Source of the DNA: the human T2T-CHM13v2.0 reference genome, Homo sapiens | Assembly: GCF_009914755.1 (NCBI RefSeq) | Contig: NC_060929.1 | Reading direction: 5' to 3' (one strand) | Length of the DNA: 64,000 nucleotides | Shown: piece by piece, positions 17,160-31,440 of the stretch | Position numbering within the stretch: the stretch's first letter is position 1 | Layout of the letters: each line of letters opens with the position of its first letter | Translations under genes and position numbers: made by a program | The notes under the pieces: generated by a model | Database searches by the model: none | What the model was told of the DNA's origin: nothing | The model's input: only the letters and a program-made list of their open reading frames with translations

Positions 17160-17630
17160 CTCCATCCAGACCCACCCTCTAGCCCCTTCACTGTACTGTG
17201 TGCCCAGGAGCTGACCCTCCAGACTGCATCAACCAGGCTCTCCTGCCCTCTGGCTTCCCACTGGTCAGTGGGGGAGGCACCAGCAACAGCACAGAGAGCA
17301 GGAGGGGAGCAAAGTCAGGGTATTTTTTTATAGTGGCATCATCCTTGCTGGGCCACAGGCTGGCTGAGGCTGCGTTTCTCTAGCGAAGACCCCATCTCTT
17401 TTTGAGTTGTTCTCTCCTATACACATAGATCTTGCTGTGATCTGGTACTTTTCCCCTCCACTTACTCTTTCAGATCTAGAGATAGGAACAGCTTCTAGGT
17501 TGCAAGCCCTAATGTACTTCATTATTCTCTCAGGTTTTCCTTAACTCTACCCATCTGTAAACAGTCCTTTTAACAAACTGTCTTCAATTACCCTTTAGAG
17601 TTTGCCATCTGTTTCCTGCTGCAACCTTGG
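17160..17630. mobile_element. Old ERVL-type LTR (LTR33-like)
   Basis: gactgcatcaaccaggctctcctgccctctggcttcc and tttgccatctgtttcctgctg resemble LTR33; from memory of the consensus. Confidence 0.55.
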
Positions 17631-17659
17631 GCCATAATAGTAACTCTCTAGATCTAGAA

Positions 17660-17760
17660 CACTGGTACTCTACAGGGGTGGGACTGTCTCCTTAGGGAGC
17701 ATTTTGGAAATCTGTTGGACTATCTTTGGGTATCAAAATGACTGGAGGGTGTGACTATTA
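17660..17760. mobile_element. MER20-like hAT DNA transposon fragment
   Basis: ggggtgggactgtctccttagggagcattttggaaatctg...atgactggaggg. Confidence 0.5.
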
Positions 17761-17764
17761 CACT

Positions 17765-18200
17765 GGCTCAAGCAGTGCCATCTCTTGCCTAGATAACTGC
17801 AGTCACGTCCTAACAGATTTACCTGCTCCGGTCCTTGCCATCCTTTATATTTTCAAACCAGAAATTAGATTGACCCTTTAAAAGCTTAAGTCATGCCAAC
17901 ACTCCTCTGCTCAAAACCCTGTGAGGGCTCTCATCTTAGAATAAAAACTCAAGATGAGAATTTTTTTCTTCCAAGGGTCCACAGGCCCTATTAAGCTCTA
18001 GCTTTTGCCAACCTCCGTTATCTCATCGCCTAACACCTTCTGCCTCCCTGCCTCATTTCCATGACGAACTGCATCACCTCCTTCAAGTCTCTGCTCAAAA
18101 TCTGGCCTTCTCTTGGAAGCCCACGCTGACCACCCTATTTAATCCTGCAATTTGTCCTGCCCCTTGCCCATATCCTGATCTCTTTCTCCTGCTCTTCTTT
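17765..18200 (+). mobile_element. L2 fragment
   Basis: catctcttgcctagataactgc...actcctctgctcaaaaccct...ctccttcaagtctctgctcaaa. Confidence 0.7.
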
Positions 18201-19288
18201 CTCCTTGGTTATAAAATCATTTATGATGTTGGTTAAATAGTGCCCTTTTGCTGTGAGGCAATGCAGAGCCTACTCTACTTCTTATTATACGAACTTAATA
18301 TTTTTCTTCAAAGGAGAATTTTTAGGAAGACACTCTACTGACACAAAAGTAAAGCTTCTATTTACTGTATATTACTTATTGAGCAGGCACTGTGCTGTAT
18401 AGTTGACATACATGATATGATTTAACCTTTTAAACATCCCTTGACCATAGATATAATTCTTTCCTTTTCAAATTGGTAAGTTAAGTAAGTGACCCAAAGT
18501 CATCTAACTAGTGACTGAGTCTGTTGCTTTTGCTACCAAACACTATGCAACACAGTATAAGTTTTTGGATAGAAATAAAATACTGTAGTCAGAAATCATT
18601 CTGTTAAGTGAATAAGGGCTAGATATTAGCAGTTTATTATCTTTGGACCATGTAAATAATAAACTAAATGGGTTCTCATGAAATGTGGGTGAGTATCTAC
18701 ACTGGAGTGTCTCAGGTTTTAGGAAAAAATAAATCTTAAAGACTCCCCTTTTCCATATTTGCTTAGAGTTTGTATTTAAAGCCATCTCTGGGCTACAAAT
18801 GTTTTAATTTGAATTCACTGTTACTACTTATAAATGTTTAACTGTTAATAGGTATCTAAGGATCTGCTATAAAACTATATCTTCCCTGAATATGCTATAG
18901 AATGTTGGTTGTGTCTCATTAGAGAGCAAAGCCCATATCCCCTCACCCTTGGGTGATTATATGCACATCCAAAATAAAGAGGATTATTAATAATTATGTA
19001 ATGAGTTCAGAACCATCCAAACAAGCAGGTCAGTGAAAGTCATTCTACTCCTTCCTTCCTCTGACTATTATCCCCAAGAATTAATTCTTCAGCTTCTAGA
19101 ATTCTGGATCAGAAACAACTGGATGATAATGATTATTATAAAACTACTTTGTGATTGGCTAAGCAGTCAAATATAATTATGGTATCAGAGTATAGTTGAA
19201 AATTTCAAAATTCATAAAATATACCAAGATCATTTGTATTCTATTAATCTTTTGCTTTACCTGTATCAAGAACTACCTATAATAATTT

Positions 19289-19565
19289 TTTAAAATTTAA
19301 TTTTATTTTAGATACATGTGCATGTTTGTTACATGGATATATTGCATACTGGTGGGGACTGGATTTCTAGTGTACCCATTACCCAAATAGTGAACATTGT
19401 ACCTAAGAGCTAATTTTTCAAACTTCACCCCGCCCTGCTACCTTCCCCCCTTTTGGAGTCCCCAGTGTCTATTATTTCCATCTTTATGTCCATGTGTACC
19501 CATTGTTTAGCTCCCACTTCTAAGTGAGAACATACGGTATTAGATTTTCTGTTTCTGAGTTAAAG
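19289..19565 (-). mobile_element. 5'-truncated L1 3' end (L1PB/L1MA-type) with TSD
   Basis: gtgcatgtttgttacatggatatattgc...tttagctcccacttctaagtgagaacat; TSD gaacta(c/t)ctataataattt at 19270-19288 and 19566-19584. Confidence 0.85.
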
Positions 19566-20064
19566 GAACTATCTATAATAATTTTGAAAGCAAATTATAA
19601 GCTTAAAAATGAGCACACTGAGAAGATATTTTAGAGAATCAGAATAAACACTAGCCTTTCTATCAGGAATCTCAGTTACAGTCCAGGTTATGTAATAAAT
19701 TGCCATCTAACCAGGCAGGTCATTTAATCTCCCTTGACCTTGATTTTCTTATCTAAGGCATGAAATGGTTGTATCTATGAAGAGATGAAGCTGCTCTAAA
19801 CATTTTAGGGAATGCAAATGCTATAATCACATATAAATATTTCTAAGAAATTGGCATTATTCTTTTTCTCCTTGACTTTTCAAAATTAGGAAACTTGAAA
19901 GCATCTACATTTAAACAATTTTTTTTTTTTGTCTAAAAAATGAAAGCCAAAAAGTAGTTAAAAACACCAAACTTGCAAAGACTTCAGGGCCAGGCTCCAA
20001 CTTTTACAAACACTCAAGATAGGAAGAAAGAGAGAATTTGGGGTGATTAAATGAAATGCTGTCA

Positions 20065-20227
20065 GCAGAACTGGCTATGTAATTTGCAGGGCCCAGTGCA
20101 AAATGAAAATGTGGGGGCCCTTTTTAAAAAAGTATTAAGAACTTCAAGACAATGACAGCAGAGTATTTAACCAAGTGCAGCCCTATGAGAACAGGGCCAA
20201 GTCGAGGGCCCATGAAGCCGGTCCCAG
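20065..20227. mobile_element. MER91-like DNA transposon
   Basis: taatttgcagggcccagtgcaaaatgaaaatgtgggggccc...cccatgaagccggtccc. Confidence 0.65.
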
Positions 20228-20738
20228 CTTTGAAGGACACAGACATGACAGCTAAAAAACTTTTAGTTTCTATCCCTGAACAAAGTGATCACGGTTACTG
20301 TAGTGAGTCATAATCAGAAAAGTATCTGAACTCTCATCCAAAACCCACTATTTTCCCAAACTTACCACAAGGAAAAGTCCAATAAAAAAATCAAATAAAA
20401 TAGTTAAAGTAAAATATTTTTAGTTAATGGGCCCTCTTTTATTTAATGTGAGTGATTGAACTGAATCTTCCCCCCACCCTTTTTTTGCCACTAATGACAC
20501 CTTTAAATTTTGATTAACCATTACCAGCTGCTGGGCTGTAGTAGAGGAAAAAAAAAATCATACAACTCTGATGACTTGTGAGTACCAATGCTGGTTATCT
20601 AAATTCCCTCAAGGCTGCCTGACAAGTCTATCATGGACTTGTTCATTCCCTCTCCAACTCCTATTCCTCATGATGTCTAACTTCTCGGTCCTTTTTCAAT
20701 CACCTGCTTCCCCCTTCCCTAATTAACTACAGAAGCTA

Positions 20739-21080
<342 letters not shown>

Positions 21081-22330
21081 TCATTATATGGTCACCTACT
21101 CAGCGTAATTCTACCCAGCTACCACCTTAGCTACACCTGGCTCCATCTGTAACACCTTCTTGTTTAGGTCCCATCCTCCTTCCCTTCCTTGAGAGGCTTT
21201 GCCATTCTATCTCCATTGTACCTGTATGTTCAATCTTTTCCTTCCTCCAAGCACTTCTCCTCTGCATGTAAATAATCTCAAGCGCTTTCATTTTAACTCC
21301 TCCCTTGATCCTACATACAACATTATTTCTCTCTCTTCACAGCCCATTATTTTGAAGAAAATACATACTGTTTCTTTCCACTTCCTCCCTTCCCTTTTAC
21401 TCTCAACCAACTTGCACCCGCCTCTCATTCATTCAGCCCCTTTCCTAACTTCTGCTGGTTCCTCAGACGGAGGTGTTTTCTCTTGCTGTGAAGCCCAGCA
21501 TGAACCATGGCGAACCCAGCATGAGGAAATGCTGCTCGACACAGTTCCAAATCACCCATGAATTATTTTATGTAATTGAGGAATATGGGCATAAATTACA
21601 ATATACTAACAGGTGACTGCAATATTAAATTTTCTGTTTTAAAAGGGAAACTCTTCAAACTGGGTCTTCGAAATAGAAAAACAGTCTTGTAATGTTTTTA
21701 AAGAGGTGGAGACACTCTCTACATACAAAGGGCAGAGTGTCCTTGCCCTGCTGTAAATGTTTTAGCAGCTGTGGAAACTTTCAACAAAATTGACTTCCAG
21801 CAACTCAGAGCGATGTGCAAAAACTGGGCTTTTCATCGTGAAGACTGAAGCACTTACTAAAGAGATGGAGACTCTGTGGCATAGCTCGGAGCTGGGTGGC
21901 TCCTTCTCACAGCTCTGCCCGTAAACTCTAATGTGGTTTTTCAGCCCCTACCACACACCACTGCACCCCTTAAGAAATCACGTATCTTGATCTTGAACTC
22001 TTTACGTAACAGGCTGAAATCCTGTGAGGGAATACAGGTGTGTATTACATGTCTCTCTCCCTAAAGTATGAGAAACAAGATCCAATGTGCATTCTTCCAG
22101 AACTTTAGGGGTTAAAACTCCACCTATATGATCGCTTCCATTGAGTGATCAGCAGTACTGCATACATCTGTCTTTATTCCAACTGTGCAGGGGATTCTTA
22201 CTATCTGACACACCTAAGGTACTCCGCCTTAACATCCTACACTTACAAACCTTAATGCACAGCTGCTCCACACCAATGTATTATATAGCAAGATAAACTC
22301 AGATCATAAGAACTAAAAATTGGCCCAAAT

Positions 22331-22768
<438 letters not shown>

Positions 22769-24117
22769 TCATAAAGTGCCCACTATGAATGTGTGCATAT
22801 AATAGTTTTATGAAACCCTTAAGAATTTATAGCACTTAGCTTTCCTTCATGATACAGTGTATTAATAATTCTGATTCAACAAAAGTTCTACTGCTGACAT
22901 TTCATTTAACAAAAGAAGCAGATAGGTATTTATAAGGATAGAAATTTTAATATGCACACATTTTGTAAATAAGTTTTAAAGTGTTCAATTTAATTCAATT
23001 CAGGTTTGAGTGTGCAGCTACTATGGTAAAGTATTAATTTATCTTGTGAGTGCAGTTGTGAATTTGGCCTCGAACTTTGTCCCCACATATCTGCACTTGT
23101 AATCACCAAAACATATTTTCACTTCAGTCTCTCTCATTTCTCAGGTTTAGGCTGTTTTGCTAACTTACAAAAAATGAACTTTTTTCAAAAGGAACTGATT
23201 GCCTACTGAGGAGCTTGTATACAATTAAGGTTCAGACACTAACATTAGTTATTTAGAAGGTATGTGAGCCTTGGGTTTCACCCCTTTCAGCCACAAAATT
23301 AACATTATTTGATTGATGACAGAATCTAATAAAAAGTATGTACTTTCCTCCTATATATGTGGACAACAAAATAATACATGCAGTTATTTCTCTTAAATAT
23401 CTGGCAAGGCATATGATTGACTGTTAGAATTTTTTTCATTTGGTTAAAACAAAAATTAGCCAAATGTTAAAGCATGGAAAATGTTGGTGGCAAAGCGGAT
23501 AATATTCTGATAAAGCTTTAAAATCACCCCAGCACACAAACATGTTGAAATCTTACCATTAGGTTTCATGCAGTCTGTTCCCTGCAGCGAGCATTAGCTT
23601 TAACCCTTCAGTGCTGTTGTTGAATTTCATGTATAGGGAGAGGGGCTGAAGTTTTATTCAGAAATCAGCTTTTATTTAGGTGATGATTGTCAGTTTACAT
23701 GAAAGAATTGCTGACCCACTTGAGTATCTGCTCTTAGCAAACAATGTATAATCTATGTATTTTATAGCAATTCTCAAACTTGCTTGGAAGGAGGTTCCAG
23801 TGTTTTACTCATGTATTGTGATTTGCATGGACTGTGTGTTTAAAAGATTGTGTAAATTTACGGTGTGTCTCATAAATCTTTCTCTTCCTGCTGTGAACTG
23901 TTCTACCTCAGAATGAACTTTTCGATGGCAACTCTGTTAGATTACATAATCTCAGCATCCTTTAGGGTTTGCTTTCTAAATGAGCTGCCCGTGGGATGAG
24001 ATGGCTATTTATCTGTTTGACTTTCCGAAGAGTCTTAGAGAAAGCCATCACTGAGAGGGTTAAGGTATGTTACTGCAGCAGTTATCAGCAGACCAGCCAT
24101 CTACCTTTGGTACTTAC

Positions 24118-24255
24118 AGGAATTTTATGACTCTTGATCATATTATCAAATTCTTCATTAATTTTTTTGTATTTTTCTTCAGTGCGTGGGGTGAGTGCAT
24201 AAGAGGAGTCGGGATCGGGGCTTTCACAGCCTTTGTTTTCTTTCTTGTTCAATGC
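24118..24255 (-). CDS. MEF2C: MEF2C alternative exon alpha2 (138 nt), ALNKKENKGCESPDPDSSYALTPRTEEKYKKINEEFDNMIKSHKIP
   Basis: Acceptor ctgaacctggcag|GCA at 24256, donor CCT|gtaagt at 24117; 46 open codons, paralogous to alpha1. Translated by hand; absent from the ORF track. Confidence 0.96.
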
Positions 24256-24278
24256 CTGCCAGGTTCAGAGAAATATCA

Positions 24279-24530
<252 letters not shown>

Positions 24531-25410
24531 TCAAGCTGTCCAGTATTTCAGGTTATTACATATGCTTTATTCTATTAGGGAAGAGAAACCACAGATGAAA
24601 GCTGAGTCATTTCAATCGAGTGCTCATCAGCAGTTTAAAAAAATAAAAGCGAAAGATTCCTCTTGCAACTAAATTCAGTCAATGAACAGAGGGTATAAGG
24701 ACTCAAGTTTCATGATACAGAATTCTTACGTGCTTCAAATATCTAGTGAGAGACAATTACAGCAGAATACAATTAAGGTGGCAAATTGCAACACTCTCTT
24801 CCCACAGAAAAATCAGAAATCAGGACATTACACAATGATTTCCGAACCTGTGATGATGACAAAAGCAGAAATGTTGGAAACAGATCCAAGTGTGAATTTA
24901 AACTAATGGTTGGCATTAGTGGTGTCCTGTCCCCACAGCCTCCACTTCTGATGTACTTGACAGCTAAAGGGTGTAAGAGAACACAGCTAATATCCCCACC
25001 AAGCATCGGTGAAGAATGCTCAGACGCTGTGCTTATATGGAGAACTACTTTTGTTTGTTAGGGTTCTATATATGTGAAAATCTTATCAAAATTTATAATA
25101 CTGAGGTCTCTTCCTAAACACAGGTGGAAAGAAAAGTGAAAACAGCTGAGCTGAGTAAGGAAGACGAAGAACACTGAAAACAGGTAACCAAGTCAATAAC
25201 TACCAAACTAGCAAGGGTTCCTCCTAGTTTTTCAGCTGAGTAGGAATCACCCTGAGACTGACACATGAAAGTAAAAAGTCAGTGCCTCATCTTGAACCTC
25301 CTGTCTCCTGGATGTGGGTCTGGTCTAGTCTCAGCTGTCACAGAAGAATAAATACTAATGTAACATTGTAACAGAAAAAGTATAAGTTAGGAGTCTTGAG
25401 TTTTACTTGG

Positions 25411-25694
25411 TTTTTTAAATTTGAGACAGGATTTTGCTCTGTCGCCCAGGCTGGAGTATAGTGGAGTGATCTTGGCTCACTACAACCTCTGCCTTCTGGG
25501 TTCAAGTGATTCTCCTGCCTCAGCCTCCTGAGTGGCTGGGTACATCACCATGCCCAGCTAATTTCTGTATATTTAGTAGGGAATGGGTTTCTCCATGTTG
25601 GCCAGGTTGGTCTCAAATTCCTTGCCTCATGTGATCTGCCTGCCTCAGCCTCCCAAAGTGCTGGGATTACAGGCTGAGCCACCACAACCTGGCC
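25411..25694 (-). mobile_element. Alu (S/J-type) with internal deletion
   Basis: Reverse Alu text from gagacagg to cctggcc. Confidence 0.9.
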
Positions 25695-26772
25695 TGCTTT
25701 ATTATTATTATTTTTTTTTACTAACGGTTGTCAACTTAATTGTATACAATTCGATTTACAGAGATAATGTTATGTTTTTAGAGATCATAAAACTTCTGAT
25801 TAATCATAGTTTGTCATGTTAATTATTAATAGACTAGCAACATTTCTGAATTTTCCTGGTACCACCAAGATCCGTTATAAAGAGATGCATACCTAAGTGT
25901 CTCTCATTAATGGAAAGTTCAGCAGAGCTCATCTTTATTAAAGACAGAATTCACATACAAATAAAGCAAAAGCTGTGACATCAAGCTAAGGAATTCAAAG
26001 CTGAGATAACACCCCATCTTTAATTCATGCAATTGGGGAAAATAAATAAAACAACATGAGTTAAAAAGGGGGGTGTCAGTCTTAAAAATCTAAACTCCTT
26101 GGCTCTTATCAATGTGTAACAAATGTAACATTATTTAAAATTAGTTTCTGAGGCACTGAATATTTTCACTTAAAATAAAAAATCAAGAAAGCTATGATTT
26201 CTAATATATCTGGGATACACAGTGGCTCTGTAAATATTTATTAATGTTATAGTGGTATAATATAACAAATAAACATATGGTTACAGCTTATTATGTGGTA
26301 AAATGTTTGAATATTAAAATGAATATTTTGACACAGCATGATAAAATATACATTTACAATCTTGGGGAATTTATAATTGGTGGGGCCACCTGTCCCCTTA
26401 TCTTGGATCTACAGGCATCATTTTTCACTCATAACAAGTACTTTTAGAGACTTTCTACAGTAATACTATAAAGAACATCACAATACATTAGAATAATAAT
26501 TTTATTTACTAACTTAACTTCCTGTGCTTCATACTCTTTTCTTATTATCTCAACCACAAAAACATTCTTCTGGCTGATAACTATTGTATTATGATGTGTT
26601 TCTGCTTTGATCTCTGCATATCTTTGAGCTTTTAAGAATACTTTCTGATTGTTTTTGCATTATATTCCACATATTTTTCATTAGAATTCATTTGTATAGA
26701 GAAAAATATGTCAGATCAAGAAAATATTATTTGATATTTTTCAAAAGTTATCTATAAGACATGTTAAAAATA

Positions 26773-27078
26773 TTCTTTCTTTCTTTTTTTTTTTTTTGAG
26801 TCAGAGTCTTGCTCTGTTGCCCAGGCTGGAATGCAGTGTGGCGTGGTCATAGCTTACTGCAGCCTCCACATTGTAGGCCCAGACAATCCTTCCAACTCAG
26901 CCTCCTGGGCAGTTGGTACTACAGGTGTGTGCCACCACACCTGGTTAAAAATTATTTTTGTAGAATCAGGGTCTCATTATGTTGTCCAGGCTGCTCTTGA
27001 ACTCCTAGACTCAAGGGATGCTCCTGCCTCAGCTTCCCAAAATGCTGGGATTACAGGCATGAGCCATGGCACCCTGCC
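26773..27078 (-). mobile_element. AluJ
   Basis: Diverged reverse Alu, catagcttactgcagcctcc. Confidence 0.9.
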
Positions 27079-27654
27079 AATAATTTTCTTATATAAACCT
27101 TTAATTTAAAGCCTTCCATAATGTTAATTTATAGTCTTATCCAGGCAGTAGATTTTTCAGTGTGCACCCAAATCTTTTAACCAATAAATCTTATTGTAAA
27201 AATTATAGTTGTTTTGATATGCAGATTTCTGACAACAGAATGCAAGGGTGAGGAGAGGCCTATCAACTGTCATTACAATCCATCTGGCACATACATGTGT
27301 GCTAAATATTCTCACAAAGCTTTCAGGGGGTAGATATTGTGTTTGGTTTATAAAAATTCAAACATCAATTACACTTTGTTGAAAGATCTCCACAAATATT
27401 AACCCATTATCTCTCACAAGTCTTCCATGAAGAGATTAGGTAAACCTATGCCAGGTCTCAAACCCATATGGCCAAGCATGATGGTCCAAGGTCAGTCAAC
27501 GAGTATTTGCCTCCTGCCTGGAGACAGTGTGGGGCCTGACTTTCCCCTGCCCGTTTTCCCACCCGTGTGAAGTGATGAGTGCAGACTAGATCTCTCTCAC
27601 TCATATGTAACTATAGTTAGGACACTGGACGCTGAAATAAATGAAGTAGAAATT

Positions 27655-27969
<315 letters not shown>

Positions 27970-30900
27970 TTAAAAAATTAGGCTGAGGGAAAATTTCAAG
28001 TATGAAAATAGAGCTAAAATATTGATTTTCTTAGATGTCAAATTTTAGTCAAGAGTTGGAATGCATATTGGTCAATAAAACACATCAGTTTATGAATGAA
28101 AAAAACCAATTAGGTCAGTGGCTCACTTTGTACCTGAAGAATTATATAAACTATTAAACAAACAAGGCAGGTGGCATGGAGTCACAAAGGAAATGGCAGT
28201 GATGAGAAGGAAAAATGTGGCTCATTTTCTCCCAATACATTCTTCTTGTATCTGACTGCATTATCTTGCTATGAATATCACCCGAATCTAAGTAATGATT
28301 CAAGTTAAATTGTGTTATTTAAAAAAGAGCATTTTGAGATATACAAACACAAAGCTGAAGAGCAAATTAATATTGAGTTCCAAATTCCCATAATCACATA
28401 ACCAGAAAGAACATTGAAAAAAATGTTCAAAAATATTATCCTCAGCTGAGTGCTTGTATAACACATTTCTGCCAAGAACAAATGATTATGGTGGAATTAT
28501 AAAGCTCTGAAAATGGAAGTGATGGCACAAACTTGAATATCATAGTGTGAATGTGGAACTATAAGAGCAGTTTTATCTTTATTATATTAAAAATCTACAG
28601 CTGTTTAATGATAACAAAAGAATTTCTGTTAGATTCAGCCAAGTCTGTCTTTATCACAGTAATGAATAGTCGATATGAACGAAAGGGCTGACTAAATGGA
28701 TAAATAAGCATTATTCCTTCGGGCCCTTTTCTAGCAAAATCAAAATCTCTGCTGTTGGCCTTTGAAAGCTTCTCTGATCTTTTACAAGTGTCACTGGTCA
28801 GGTAATGTAGGTACTTCAATTGTCATTCTTTTACAGGGGCTGGAAGTCCTAAATGTATATACTGTCTCTCAGCTGACTGACTACGTTTTGAAAAGATTTA
28901 TTCATGTATGTCAAGATAAGGCAAGAGATCTCCTAAAACCACCAGCTTCTCTCCTTACGTATCTGAAGAAACTCTTTCCTCAGAGAACTCAAGTAAATCT
29001 TGAGCAAGCCTGTATACTGAAGTCAGCTTTCCACGTCAGAGTGACACTGTTGAGGTAGATCCATCAACTACAGAGGCTTCTGGGATATTTTCACAAGACA
29101 GCGATTGTCATACTGTGAGCTGAGAACAGCCGTTTCCTAGAGGAGTAATTAGATTGACAGAAGGTGACATATTCCAAGCAATAAATGGGAGAAAGAGTCC
29201 AGACAGGTAATCCAAAAACCACGTGGAATCTTTCCTCCCAGACATGTGGACATATGGACCCTGCATTATTCCATTTGCTCATCGGAAAAACTTGAAATAC
29301 GTACAAACTGATGATGATAGGTGACAGGTGCTTCAAAAATTCTAATGAAATAGAATTTCATTAGGGGAACAGATTCTATTTCGTTACTGAAAGGAATATA
29401 AATGAAAAAGAATGCTACATGGAGCTCTCATTTCTTGTTTTAGGCATTACGTTATCAACTAGAAAATCCTTTTCTTATGCAGTGATTAAAACTGATTTTT
29501 CCCTTCTTAAATACTATTTTGTTATTTAAAAAATTTTTTCCTTTTATTCTTTCAAAAATTATCTCGTTAGTAAAAAGAAATAAGTAAATTATTGACCTTT
29601 TTCGATTATATGAAGCTGTATTTTTATATTAATGCTATTTAAGTAAAATTCAGCTTTTTTTCAGAGAACCACCATCACAGACTAAAAGCTTTCAACCACT
29701 CAATTTCTTTACATGTCTGCAGTCTCAGTCCTCAAGAATGTATATTTTCATCATCATCCTTTTCCTGTGCCTGCCCATTCTACATGCAGAGAAACCTGGA
29801 GAAACCCCCAAATTACTCCTATTAACCTTTGTTAAAAATCCAAGTAATCACACTTTGTTGCATAGGTAGTGTGATCTTTACTTCAGAGGGTTGATGTGTC
29901 AAGAACACATGCAGGAATTATTACTATTAGTTGCATCAATGTCATGTTCACACAAAAACCAAGAAAAAAAAGCATCAACTTAGAAAAGGTAGTTTCCTTT
30001 CCTCTGATCCTGAATCATTTTTTTGCTTGTCGTTCACAGCTTTATGAAGATAAGTATCTACTCTTAACAAGCTGAATAATCTTTAGAAAGTAGTAAATTC
30101 ATGTAGGAATAGGAAGTGCAGTTGAAATGAATACTGCCTATAAATTGAGTTTCTAAGAATATTTCCTGAAAGTGTTTCCATATTGGTGTGCTGGTACTCA
30201 CGCTGCTGCTGTTTCCTGACCCTTTAGTATCTACAGAGAGGTGCTTTGAGGACTGTGCCCAGTGCCTTACTTCATTTAAAATTTATTCGGCAAACAATTA
30301 TTGAAAACCTACCATGTGCCAGATACTGTTTTGTACGCTTATGTGTTAGGAAAGCAGCCAAATTTAAAACTAAAAAGCTCTGACCTGACTTATAACATTG
30401 TATGGTTTTTGCCTTAGGCTGAGGGAAGATTAGATGCCAAGAAATTTCTCCACAGGTTTTAATAAAACTGTAAGCATTGTCTATACTATCTCTCCCTGTA
30501 GTACCATAGTCCCTTTTCTTTGTTCTTATTCTAGAAATGAAGACACATTAATATATTAAATCTAGTATAATCAGCAGGTAGACTTTAATTAGGCAAGCAA
30601 ATCATATCCAATACAGAGTACAAAAAGTTAGATTTTAACAAAAATTATTCACTTGTGGTAAAAATTTTAATAAAAAGTTGAAAATATAAAACTGTACAAT
30701 ACTGTATTTCTCTAGGTTATTTATTAATGCTCATTCTAGCCAGATATCAACTTCTACTGGGGAAGGGGTGGATGGGGTTGGATATTGTCATTGTTTTTAT
30801 TTTTATATGCTTCCTCAAAAGATAATCTTAATATTGGAGCTGAAATTTTTTTGACTGAATCATTTTCATCTTCAAATAATGGAAATAAAAGACACACTAA

Positions 30901-31179
30901 TTAAAGATTTGAAAGCCTTTTCATGTATTGAACACAAGGAAACATCCACCAACTCTGTCTTAAGGGCCACAAATTATTTGACATAAACATTCAAATGGTG
31001 CTAATTATTGATACTCTAGTCTGGATGAGACCGCCAAGCATCATCCGGCCCTTCCTCATGCCCACAGTGGGTGAGGAATAATGGTGCAAACGCTGCATGC
31101 CTTTCCTTCTGCATCCCTTCTCAAGCTGGGCTCTCCTTCAGGAATGAGCCCACCAATATCTGTTCCTCCTTCAAAGAGC

Positions 31180-31440
31180 AGCTGACACATTGTCTCCTCT
31201 CTTTAGACTTTCTGATCGCTCAGGCTGAATCAGTTTCTCCTTCATTCAGGCACTCATTTTATTCTACACATTTTCCCACTATAGTCTTAATCATACATTA
31301 TTGATCCTTTATGTGCTTTTTCCCCTCTGCTAGATTGAGAGGTCCTTAACAAAGCACTTTGCTTTATTCACTTTGGAGTTTCACCAGAGAGCAGTCTGAC
31401 CTACTGTAGTTGCTCAATAAATGCTAGATGAATGAATGGA
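31180..31440 (+). mobile_element. L2 3' end
   Basis: Ends gctcaataaatgctagatgaatgaatg. Confidence 0.7.

Noticed and set aside
24902-24920. 7-bp hairpin hiding an ACUAAU motif upstream of alpha1
   Set aside because: Stem short enough to arise by chance; no supporting evidence.
27572-27635. C/D snoRNA-like GTGATGA...CTGA on the plus strand
   Set aside because: No terminal stem, no clear rRNA guide, antisense to the host gene.
28600-29340. Possible decayed coding or pseudogene segment
   Set aside because: Hand translation of part of it gave stops in the frames tried and no recognisable protein.
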